Shown here in pieces: positions 48,146-59,305 of a stretch of DNA of 64,000 nucleotides. The DNA is taken from contig NIVC01000843.1 of assembly GCA_002269645.1 (NCBI GenBank), positions 1 to 64,000 of the forward strand, in the 5' to 3' direction. Both the position numbers and the translations under genes were made by a program. Below the pieces are notes generated by a model. That model made no database searches, was not told the origin of the DNA, and worked only from the letters and a program-made list of their open reading frames with translations. How positions within the stretch are numbered: the stretch's first letter is position 1; the number at the start of each line of letters is the position of its first letter. This stretch comes from Macrostomum lignano. Lineage: Eukaryota.

Positions 48146-50000
48146 CTAGTTACAGAACTTTAATTCAACCCCTTCGATTGTGACGCTTCCATTCGAGTTC
48201 CAGATGGCGCCAGCAAGCGTGGCGCCGCCGTGACCAGAACAGAAGGAGCCGCCACCGCCTGCAGCTTCTTATCACTGTACCCTCCCGTTCCGCCGCCGCT
48301 GTAGCCGCCGCCTCCTCCCGGGCTTCCAAAGTACGAGTTGAAGGATAGGGCTCCCCTGGCGCCGCTGCCGCCGCCGCCGAAGCCGCCATCGCCAGAGGAC
48401 ATCGTGTCACCGCGAGCTCCTCCAAGCCATCCGTCCACGCGGCTCATTCCACCGCCGCCGTCATTTGGGGTGGGGGCGTTTGACGCACTGCTGTTCCAGC
48501 CGGCTCCGGGACCTCCACTGTTACACACTTTCGAGTCAGCCGTTGTGCGGCTTACCCCTTGTTGTCCCGGCCCGCCATTTTCACCTCCGGCTCCGTGTAC
48601 TCATGCCCGGCAGAAAATGAAGCGCTTTTAAGTCTCATCGTGTTAAACCATCCACCGTAGCCTGAGAAGTGGTAATGGTGCGTGCAGTCACAATATGATA
48701 TTAAAAATCATAAATATACCGTGATTACTTTGCAGAGCTCATATCACGACCTATCGAGGGAATTGCTCGAACCGCCTCCTCCGCCTCCTCCAGCAGCGAT
48801 GAGCAGGGTGTTATCGCTGCTCCGGTAGACTAAGCCAGAAAACGCTGCAGCGGCCGCCTCACCCGCCTGACCCACAACAATGGCCAGTTCGGTTCCTGTA
48901 GTCAGGGTGAAGTTGCCAACGCTGAGGCACCTCCAGGGAAGTTATATCGTTTCTCGGTCCCGCCTTTGGCACCGAGCGCTTCGATGCGGTAGCAGGCGGG
49001 GACGTTGATTCTGATGGGCTGAACGCTGCCGCTTCTTCCAACTCCGTCTGCTGAAATCAGTTCAGCCATGCGATGCGCTTTGATCCGAGCAATAGCCAAT
49101 TAAATGTTTTGCTTTTGTCGCCAAATTTCAGCAACTATATAGGCAGGCAGCTCAAGAACGCGCAGAACGCTACGCTTTTATTTATAACAAAGAATTGGGG
49201 TTTTTATATATTGTTAAGTCGCTATTTATTAAAAAATTATTTGTTAAAATTATTGCGAATAAATCTGGGTTACTGACAAGCTTAAAGTAAGATAAAACTT
49301 GCTTACTTGGTATCGTATTCTTAGTAAAATATTAGTAATAGGGGATTGTAGCCTAGTGGTTAGAGCGTCTGACTCACGACTGAAGGGTCTGGGGTTCGAA
49401 TCTCGACCCACATCTAAACAATTTGTGTCCTTAAGCAAGACACATAACTCTGCATTGAACTTCAGTTCACCCAGCTGTAAAATGGGTGCCAGCATTAGCT
49501 GGGGTAATTGAGGATGTGTGTGGCGACCCCCCCCCCCCCCCCCCAGTCCTTGGACTGAACAGCCGTACGCAGCCTTCAGATGCACCGCGCAGTAGCTGCG
49601 GCTGAGCTGTCGGTTGCAAATCTGGCCCAATTCGGGCAGGTGTAATCAGTTTTTATTATCATTATTAATCGACTTACCGTGGAAAACTTGAGACACATCA
49701 GCCTTTCCACCGAGTACCATCTGGTCAAAATTGTCGGCCTTCCAGACCTTCACGCTGTCGCTAGGCCGGAACTCCCTGGCTACGAATGACTCAGGTGTAC
49801 AGCTCAGTGTTGGCGTAGCTCGGTGATGGCGACGGAGGCTGCGGCTGAGCGCAGTACTGCAATGTGATCGGTTGGGATGGAACCATAATACCTTGACTTG
49901 AAATGAAATGCTGAGAGATCAGCACAATTTCTGCAGCGTGGAGCACTCACCCATGAGCAGCGGGGCACAGCAGCAGCCGCAGCAGCTCGGATTGCTTAAC
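48146..50000 (-). pseudogene. Stand-alone glycine-rich-domain protein (ALK/LTK GRD-like), spliced, with frameshifts. Coding segments at about 50000-49951, 49856-49678, 49080-48740 and 48600-48146
   Basis: YRIEALGAKGG, GNFTLTTGTELAIVVGQAG, LLIAAGGGGGGG, GGGGGYSGGG and AAGGGGSF...NGSVTI follow the GRD order. The upstream hydrophobic LLRLLLC exon splices in phase. Frameshifts near 48925 and 48265; start codon not identified. Confidence 0.6.
49341..49580 (+). mobile_element. tRNA-derived CORE-like SINE (family B), second copy
   Basis: GGGGATTGTAGCCTAGTGG...GGTTCGAATC, CORE-like block and the same 3' end (CAGCCGTACGCAGCCTTCAGA) as the 30524-30749 copy. Confidence 0.88.
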
Positions 50001-51069
50001 TGCCAGCTTCACAGATGGAGAGTTGCTATGCAGATTCCTGGATAGATGCAGTTGAGCTCAGGTCAGCTGAGCTATATTTGATGGATTGTCCTACAAGCCT
50101 ATTTATCCCACTATGAGCTAATCTGCAATCTCTTTACTCTATATAGTGCTAGATGTATGGGTATAGCCTTAACGCTCAACAAGTGGTCTAACGATGTTGA
50201 CTTGAGTAGCTTCGCAGGTGGGTGGTTGGTACGTCTGATGAAGCATGCTATGCATTGTCAAGCAGTTTCCTGGCTCAGGTAGAAGCAATTATAGATATTT
50301 TCTCAGTTATCAGTCTTTCCTGCAAAGAATATTTTATGAAGCAGTAACTTTTTGGTTTGGAAAGTTTTGCTGCAATAAAAATCGATAAATTACCACTTTT
50401 TTCTCGGTTATGTCTTTAAGCATTCAGCATTAAGCATTATTGCCACGCAAACTGCAGATTAGAGAGTGTGAATTGCACCATTAGTGTACCATTAGTGTAC
50501 TATTAGTGCACCATTAATGTATCACTAGTGTATCATTAGTGCTACGCTCCTGTACGATTTTGAGTACAGAAGACTTGCTAATGTGTCGTAGAGAACAGAC
50601 CACCACTGCCTGTAGTATCTGTCTGTCTGTACTCGTCTATCTCAGGGCCCCAGGGGTGCCATGGGTACAATATATTCTGTCGCAAAATGTACATGCGCAC
50701 CGAGCCAAACTGCTCGTATATATTCATGTCCACGTCCAAAAAGATATGCACTTTTACACGCGGATGACAGAAACCAGCTGTTATAAGAACTAAGAATAAA
50801 AAATTCAATAAAGCGTTACTGATTTGGTAATTAGTAAGCTCGTAGATCAAGGAATTTCTTAATGCTTAAAAGTTTATTGGGAAACTGACCCATACAAAGT
50901 GTGAGTGCGTTCGTTTCGACAGCAAAGTAACTTTTGACAGGTTTGACTATAGAGCAACATAGTTGATATCACTTACATGGAAATTGGTAGAGTCAAATTT
51001 AATCACATCCAAAAAGATTTTTTTAATGTTTGTTTATCGTTTTATTGCAAGAAGAGCAGTGTTCTTGAC

Positions 51070-52701
51070 TTAACCTTTTACGTAACCGAGATTCGATTTA
51101 ATTGCTACCACTTCAGCTTCCTGCAGTCCGATCTGCAGTAAGTAGTCCTCCACTGTTCCGTACCTGAAATTGGTGTCAGCATATATAGCTCAGTAAAAAA
51201 ATTAGGATCAATATTTTTTCAGTTTGGGTTGTAGCTAAACGTCAAAAATGAATGTCGCCTCCTCCTCAAGTAAAATGAAATCCCACAAATTATCCCCTAG
51301 AACAAAGCAGTTAAAAGTATTTCGAATATTTCACTTGATCAGTTACGCATTCATTGGCTCATCGAATCTACCTGTATATGATCCAAACCAACTCGCCTGT
51401 TTTTGATCCAATCCAGCACTTCCTTGATGAGCTCTTTGGGACATCTGGCGCACTCATCTGGCATCCCGGCTCGCTTCACTTTTGCTTCAATCTCCGGTAG
51501 GAGGCGTTTGATATGAACCTGATGTAGAGAAATCATTTATCATAGTTAAGTAATAATTATTTTACAGTATAAATCTGTGTTGTCATTGATTGTCTATGGC
51601 CCAAAGATTAGTCATCCCGCGCAAAGCCAGACGAAAATCAAAGGACAACCCTGCGGGACTGTCTGTGGCCCGTACCGGACGTCAATGGCATAGGTATGCT
51701 CGTATTTACTTTTGCATTAGGCCGATAAATGACGGTCGTCCTCAAAAACGACAACGTAATTTAAAAGTACCCATGTGTCATCGAAGTCGATAGACGTAGA
51801 TGCTTAAAACTTAAGCCGATTTCATCGAAGTCAGATTGTCCTACAGACGGTGAATCATTACTTGAGTCCTCTGCAGCCTAGCTATTAAAATTGGCTTGTT
51901 GTCAACACTTCTAAGATGCCCCAAAAGAAAGTGAAAAGAAAAGCTAAGCGCAATATACTGTCAATTTCTTGAGCAATATTCGTATCTACGAAGTACCTCA
52001 GTGGCGTGATACTCGTCCACAACTTGGTCCTCAGTCATTCCGGGGTCCATCATCTGCAGCAGAGCGCAGACCGCCCCAGTGCGATCTTTGCCATACTGGC
52101 AGTGCAGCATAGCCGGATAAATGTCCGGGTTGCACAGCAGTCGAAACAAAGCCACCAAACCCGAACAGTCCATCGCTGGGTCCAGCCAGTCAAGATAAAG
52201 ACCAGCCCCTCCCTTACTGTGCGCCACATCGCTGGCCAGCTTCTTCAGGATGCCCATTTTGATGCCATCGGTAGTGTCAAATCGTTCAGAAGATGTCCAA
52301 CCAGACAGCGCCAGCCGCCAGTTGTTCCAGAGCAGTCCGCTAAATATTTTCAGCTTCTTAGTTAGCGTGTAAAAGTCGACGCGGTAGAATGTTATGACAG
52401 CGGAGTCGCTTTCTGATGCCGCCTTCGCCGAGCGCAGTTCCACGAATTCCCCAGACCTGCTGTCGAGCTGCAAAATCCGATAGCTGACACCTTCGGGCAC
52501 CGGATAATCTATGCAGTCTCCGATCTCCTCCTTAGTTCGGATATCGAGCACCGATCTGAGCTGCTGTTCACCATCCCCAATAACTTTGGCAACCTCTGCA
52601 GGCTTCAACTTGTTCAACGCCAGGCCACGGTACAAGCGCAGTCTTTGATTCTGGGCATTCGAAGCGACGAGACGAATGTCGCTGGGCTGACCGTTTTCCA
52701 T
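51070..52701 (-). CDS. Y_phosphatase3-family (IphP/MptpB-like) protein tyrosine/lipid phosphatase. Exons 52701-51997, 51518-51397, 51163-51070; intron 2 is GC-AG
   Basis: LYRG, VLDIRT.EE, P-loop HCQYGKDRTG, DQVVDEY, and C-terminal YGTVEDYLLQIG after splicing. Confidence 0.85.
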
Positions 52702-53304
52702 GGCAGTTCTCTAGCTGTATTAACTGTTTATTTTTGCGTCTGATCTTTTGGCTGTCTTCAGTAGTCATGCAAAGTTTTTCTACCACAGGCTTTTATGTTC
52801 GGACTCAAGCTAATTGCTTATCAGTGAGATAAGCAGCACTTTTTTTGTTTTTTTACAGCAAGTGTAATGACATGACCCCCGACCATTAGTGAAGACGTTG
52901 GATTCACTCATAATTGCTGAATACCTTGGGCGTAACCAAGTAGGTCGTTCAATAGCCTGCAACTTGTCTGTCGGTGGGCCCCAAGGATCTCCAGAAAGAG
53001 GTGGCAACTAACGCTTGAGGTTTCTGGAAAAAAAAGATACCCGGTACGCACGTAGTATCCAATATGCTGAAAATGATTTGTAATTCTCTGGCCAAAAATC
53101 CATTTATATTTACTACTTTAGTATCGCTTGTCGCCGCTTCTCATCGAATGAACTCTCGATGAAAATCGAATCGCATTCCATCAAAACTTCCATCAAAACT
53201 TTTAGCCTTGCTGGTGGGTTATGTTAAATTATACAAACATGGGCGTCGCCATGGATTTTATGGTGGGGAAGGACAAAGCCAAGAATTCAACATGTATATG
53301 ACTA

Positions 53305-54690
53305 AATTTTGCACTCATTTTAGCGCTGCAGGCTCTCATTTTAGCGCAGCAGGCACTCATTTTAGCGCCGCAGATACTCATTTCAACGCCGCAGGCATTC
53401 CTTTTAGCGCCACAGGCACTCATTTTAACGCCGCAGGCACTTATTTTAGCGACACAGGCACTCATTTTAGCGCAACAGGCACTCATTTTAGCGCCGCAGG
53501 AACTCCTTTTAGCGCCACAGGCACTCATTTTAGCGCCGCAGGCACAATTATTTTAGCGACACAGGCACTCATTTTAGCGCAACAGGCACTCATTTTAGCG
53601 CCGCAGATACTCATTTCAACGCCGCAGGCACTCATTTTAGCGCCACAGGCACTCATTTCAACGCCGCAGGCATTCCTTTTAGCGCCACAGGCACTCATTT
53701 TAGCGCCGCAGGCACTCATTTTAGCGCCACAGGCACTCATTTTAGCGCCACAGGCACTCATTTTAGCGCCGCAGGAACTCCTTTTAGCGCCACAGGCACT
53801 CACTTTGACGCCGCAGGCACTTATTTTAGCGACACAGGCACTCATTTTAGCGCAACAGGCACTCATTTTAGCGCCGCAGATACTCATTTCAACGCCGCAT
53901 GCACTCATTTTAGCGCCACAGGCACTCATTTCAACGCCGCAGGCATTCCTTTTAGCGCCACAGGCACTCATTTTAGCGCCGCAGGCACTCATTTTAGCGC
54001 CACAGGCACTCATTTTAGCGCCACAGGCACTCATTTTAGCGCCGCAGGAACTCCTTTTAGCGCCACAGGCACTCACTTTGACGCCGCAGGCACTTATTTT
54101 AGCGACACAGGCACTCATTTTAGCGCAACAGGCACTCATTTTAGCGCCGCAGATACTCATTTCAACGCCGCATGCACTCATTTTAGCGCCACAGGCACTC
54201 ATTTCAACGCCGCAGGCATTCCTTTTAGCGCCACAGGCACTCATTTTAGCGCCGCAGGCACTCATTTTAGCGCCACAGGCACTCATTTTAGTGACGCAGG
54301 CATTCCTTTTAGCCGCAGGTACTCATTTTAGCGCCGCAGGCACTCATTTTAGCGCCGCAGGCACTCATTTTAGCGCCACAGGCACTCATTTTAGTGACGC
54401 AGGCATTCCTTTTAGCCGCAGGTACTCATTTTAGCGCCGCAGATACTCATTTCAACGCCGCAGGCATTCCTTTTAGCGCCACAGGCACTCATTTCAACGC
54501 CGCAGGCATTCCTTTTAGCGCCACAGGCACTCATTTTAGCGCCGCAGGCACTCATTTTAGCGCCACAGGCACTCATTTTAGCGCCACAGGCACTCATTTT
54601 AGTGACGCAGGCATTCCTTTTAGCCGCAGGTACTCATTTCAGAGCCACAGGTACTCATTTTAGAGCCACAGGTGCCCATTTTAGCGACAA
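53305..54690. repeat. 21-bp minisatellite (CAGGCACTCATTTTAGCGCCR) with a 273-bp (13-unit) higher-order repeat
   Basis: The rare GCGACACAGG variant recurs at 53556, 53829 and 54102. Confidence 0.95.
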
Positions 54691-54769
54691 CAATTGTGAG
54701 ATGAATTTCACTGAAATTTTTGCTTTTTGATTCATCAATGCTAATGCAGTTACAATTGTTTAAAACAAT

Positions 54770-55760
54770 TAAGCAATTGTCAATAAAAGCACCAGCCGGA
54801 AAGGCGCTCGCGGCCCCGACAAAGTCAGTGTGGTCTCCCAGGTCACAGGTGTCATGAACTGCGAGTTCGCCGGCGCTCCTGCGCCCTCTGAGTGGACCAT
54901 TGCGCTCTTCAAAGCTCTTCAATCGGCTGCTGCTCGATCGTCTGCATGCAGTCGGGGCTGGACCCGAATCTGCGGTACGAGCAGAACGGATTCCGGCCGC
55001 GACGCGGTACAGTGACACAGATCCTCGAACTCCGCCGTGTCATCGATGAGCGCATCCGCCAGTCTAAGCTGATCATTGTCTTCGTTGACTTTCGAAAGGC
55101 GTGTGACTCGGTATTGAGAGCCGCGTTTTCCTTTCGTCCTTCGAGCCTACCGGGTACCCCCAGCAGCTAATCGACACTGTCATGTCGCTATATTGCGATA
55201 CTCGAGCTGCTGTTGTGACCTGTCTGACCTGTTCGACACTTCCTCAGGAGTTCTGATGCGCCGTTCCTCTTCGTGCTGCTGCTGGACTGGGTGCTTCGGA
55301 CCGCACTCCCGTCGGCTGACGACGGCAATTCCTGCTGCACAGACGCATCGGTCACCGTCACAGAGAAAAGAGCCGGAGCGTGCTTGGCTACACCGCCGCG
55401 CGGCCTCGCCCTCCTGTCCTTGTCCGTTGAAGGCGCCTAGCGCCAGCAGATCGACAGGCTGGTCAAGGCGATATCGAGTGTCGGTCTGGTTGTCAACACG
55501 CTGAAGACCGAGGTGCTGACTGTGCCGGCCGACATCCCTGACGTGCCGCGGCACAGAACTATCAGACGACCAATATGCTCGCACGCTGCCAGCGGTTCAC
55601 CTCCTCGGCGGTCTGGTGCCCCATGTGGAGGAATATCTCCGGTGGCGCAGAGGACTTGCCTGGACGGCCTTCCGTTCGATCCGAGCCGTCCTCCAGTCTG
55701 AAGCGCTGCCCGACCGCCAGAGAGCTTGCCACAACGTCTGCAGCATGGTGCCGTGTCCCG
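54770..55760 (+). mobile_element. Degenerate RTE-like LINE reverse transcriptase fragment
   Basis: YEQNGFRPRRGTVTQILELRR, IVFVDFRKACDSV, and a frameshifted GVL...PFLFVLLLDWVLR motif. Confidence 0.8.
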
Positions 55761-57480
55761 ACGTCCTTCTGAATCTTCCGCAGACCGCACGCACCGCCCT
55801 TTCTTCATCCTGCTTCTCCTTCGGTGCTTGCTTCACCTGCGTTTTTTCCTCCGACCTCCCCTCACGGCATTCTTGGCATCTCCATCTGGCCCCTTGCTCC
55901 CTGGCCCATCTGCTGAGCCCCGCCCGTGCACTGCCGGGTGACCAGCGGCTCCGCAGAATTCATATTTCAAACCCGCGGTTGGTCGTCCCACCTGGTGGCT
56001 TTGTCGCACACTTTACATCGCTCCGACTTTTCTTTCGATCCCTTCTTTCATCTCAATGGTGCATCTCCAGCCTCCCTTTCTCCTCGACTGCTTTTTTCCG
56101 ACAATTTTCCCGTACGAGCTCATGTGGGATCGGGACGCCGAAACGAGCGAACGCTGATATATTATGGAGACAAGGAACTTCTTTTATAGAAGACAGACTT
56201 AACACGTAAATTAAGAAAGAGGTTAGGATTAGAACGAAACTAGGACTAGTACATTTTCTAGCTCATGCAGCACATGTATGCACGTTAGTAAAAAGTCAAT
56301 CTGCAGTTGTAAGGGTTATAACAGGGTTATAAAAGGTTTTCAAACCGCTCCAGTGCACCTGTTGCAAATCCAAAGAATTTCTTAATGGTGCAAAATCTCT
56401 TTATCTTGAGAATCATTTGTTTTAATCAAGTAAAAGATTTGATTAGCAAATTCAAAGAAATTGATTTTAATTCATCTTCTGCCTGCCTGCCATTCTTTGG
56501 TTCCAGGTCCGAGATCCAAGTCCGTCCGTTCTGTACCTACTAAGTTCTAAAATGTGGCACTTAGAGTATTTTGATTAGCTTTGGGAATTTCCACTTATCG
56601 TCATAGTTCTTTAAAATTAAAAATATATATTGTATTTTAAACTATTGAAGAACTCTAATTCAATAATTGGCATGCATAACCCTCCCGGCCTCCATGGCCT
56701 AGTCAAGGTGCACCTAGCACTGACTGACAGGTATAGGCCTATTTATGTAAAATGCACACATAGTAGGGTCCTACCATGTAAGTCACACAGGCCTCGAGTT
56801 CTAAGCATTTTTATTTCGCATTAGGCGTAGGCCTAGTTTTCTCTAGGCTTATACAACTAACAACTATAGTCTAGGCCTGTATAATTACACTGTTCCTGCA
56901 TCCTGCTAAGAGTAGGTCTAAACCTACATGTTTGATGTTGATTATTGATTGGCATGAATTAGAAACTTAACTATAACAAGATTTAATGGGCCTAGCCTAA
57001 ACCTATCTAATATCATGCTGTCCTTTCTCTTAATATATCTAATTGTCATTTTATTATGTATAGACATAGTATAGTAAAAATACAAAAAATTGATTAAGTT
57101 CTCATGATAGTAGGATGTGCAGTGAGAATTTTTTATACTTTTTTTCATTTTTTACCATGCAATAACCATGCTGTAGCCATAGATATTATAAGTAAAATGA
57201 CACCAAACTTTTGAAAATGAATAGATCAAATAATAAAAAAGTTATAAAGTTTGTTTAGAAAAAATGGGGTTTCTTCTTTATCTTAAATACATAAAATGTG
57301 CCATTTTTGGGCAAAGAAAATGTTTTTACAGTAAAATTTCTATACTTTTTTCATTATTAATTTTAGTATTTTAGGCATTATTTTGTAGATTTTTGCCATT
57401 GTCCAGATCATACTGGGTGCACACCTGAACAAAAATTGAATAATTACAAATGCACGCGGGAAAAAATGTAGTGCACACCC

Positions 57481-58356
57481 ATTCTCTAAAATATGCTGGT
57501 GTTGCAACAATAAATGACCTTTTTTACATTGTGACAATAAAATAATTTTTTTCAAATTGCATAATAGACCCTTATTACCAGATTATTTGGTTGCTTTTTA
57601 TGCTTTTTTGGCAATACTATTTACTGCAAAAAATTTATACACGCAAAGATTTGTTTAAATGCTCTTTTACAAGCTTGAAATTTGCGCTTAAGAATGAACT
57701 TTTTCATCTTTTTTCTACTTCATAATGACTCTTACCCGTGATTCTATAAAGTGCACACTAGATGTGCACACTTACTATCTTCTTAGGAGTGATGCACGCT
57801 AACTGTGCACGCCTAATTTTGGCGTGCAAGGCCAATGCATGCCCAATTTTTTGGGCATATACTACATGATCCGGAGTGTGGGATTTTTGTTACCCTGTAA
57901 TATTTTTTTATTTTTTTATACATATGCTGTTCTATATATACTATACTCTAGATCATATAATATATGCCCAAAAATTCTTGTGTGCATTGGCCTTTTATAG
58001 GCTAAGCCTACCTAAATTTAGGCAGGCATATGACTTTTAAAAAATAGTATACATGCACACTTGGCATCCAATTCATAGAATCACAAGAAAAAGTTAATGT
58101 TAAGTGGAAAAAAGATTAATAATATTTATATTTTAGTGTAAATTTCAAACCTTCTAGTTTTTCAGCTCATTAAAAAAACATTTAAACAAATGTTTGTGCA
58201 TATAAATTTTTGCAATAAATAGTATATGCAATAAAGATGAAGAATTAACTAAATTATTTGTTAAAAAGGGTCCTTTGCACAACCTAAAAAGGTAATTTAC
58301 TGTAGCAATGCAAAAAGTCATTTATTGTTGCAACACTTGCTTATATTTGAGAATGT
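57481..58356. mobile_element. Old ~880-bp fold-back/MITE-like palindrome centred near 57920
   Basis: GTGTTGCAACAATAAATGAC (57499-57518) pairs perfectly with 58317-58336. Further nested imperfect arm matches at about 57620/58190, 57740/58070 and 57830/57980. Confidence 0.7.
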
Positions 58357-59108
58357 GGACTAGCAATCTTTGCCCCCCAATAGGGACATCTGGATAGAAT
58401 CCTTGTTCTTTACAAATAACAAATAGACAACAAAATAAAGCTTTCATAAAAAACAACAGACCTAGCACCTAGCATGATCCAGACTATGGTGTCATTAATA
58501 AATAGTTTGAATTTTTTTTAGTAAAGCTAAAGTATTTGCCAATTTCCTAAGTCTAGTTAAAATGAAAATTAAATTGGCTAGTATTCTAATTATATAATAG
58601 TTTAATACAATATATTGTCAATACTATACCTATAATGGAATGTTTAGAATGGGGGTTGGAAAACTCCAAGCCCTTAGCCCTTAGGCCTACTCAATGTTTG
58701 TCTCTTGTCAATTCTTTTCTTCCTTTTCTTCTCTTATCTTTTCTCACCCTAATCATTTTAATTCTTTTCCTTTCTTCCCTTATCTGGCTAGCAGCTATGA
58801 GCTAGAATCATTATTTATCTTGTCCATGAGGTAAAAAAAAGTTGCCATAATTGGATCAGGAAGGTAAGTATAAATCAGGCATAGTCAATCCAGACGGTTC
58901 CTATCTTCATCTAGGCAAGCACTTGCACTTCCAGAATATTTGTCTATCTGTCCCAGATTTATCCATATTCTCTAACTTTTGTGTATGGTGGCCCCCTATT
59001 GGGCCCTTTTTGTGCTTGTGTGTATTTAGAGCATTTTTAGAGTATAAAACAATTTTAGTATATGGATAGTTACACAAACAATGATTTAGGTCCAGTTTTT
59101 ATGACTTT

Positions 59109-59170
<62 letters not shown>

Positions 59171-59305
59171 TCTCTCCGACTTTCACAGCTGCCTTTTTTC
59201 TAAATTTAGTTTGAAGTGTTAGTTATTTGTTCTACTAAGCTTACTTCTCTATTTGATGCGCATCATAGAAACTAAAGGTTGAATACTAGTAGAGTCATTG
59301 TTACT

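Noticed and set aside
5263-49580. tRNA-like heads at 5263, 30749 and 49341 as tRNA genes
   Set aside because: They continue into SINE bodies, have no clean cloverleaf or acceptor stem, and one has a TSD.
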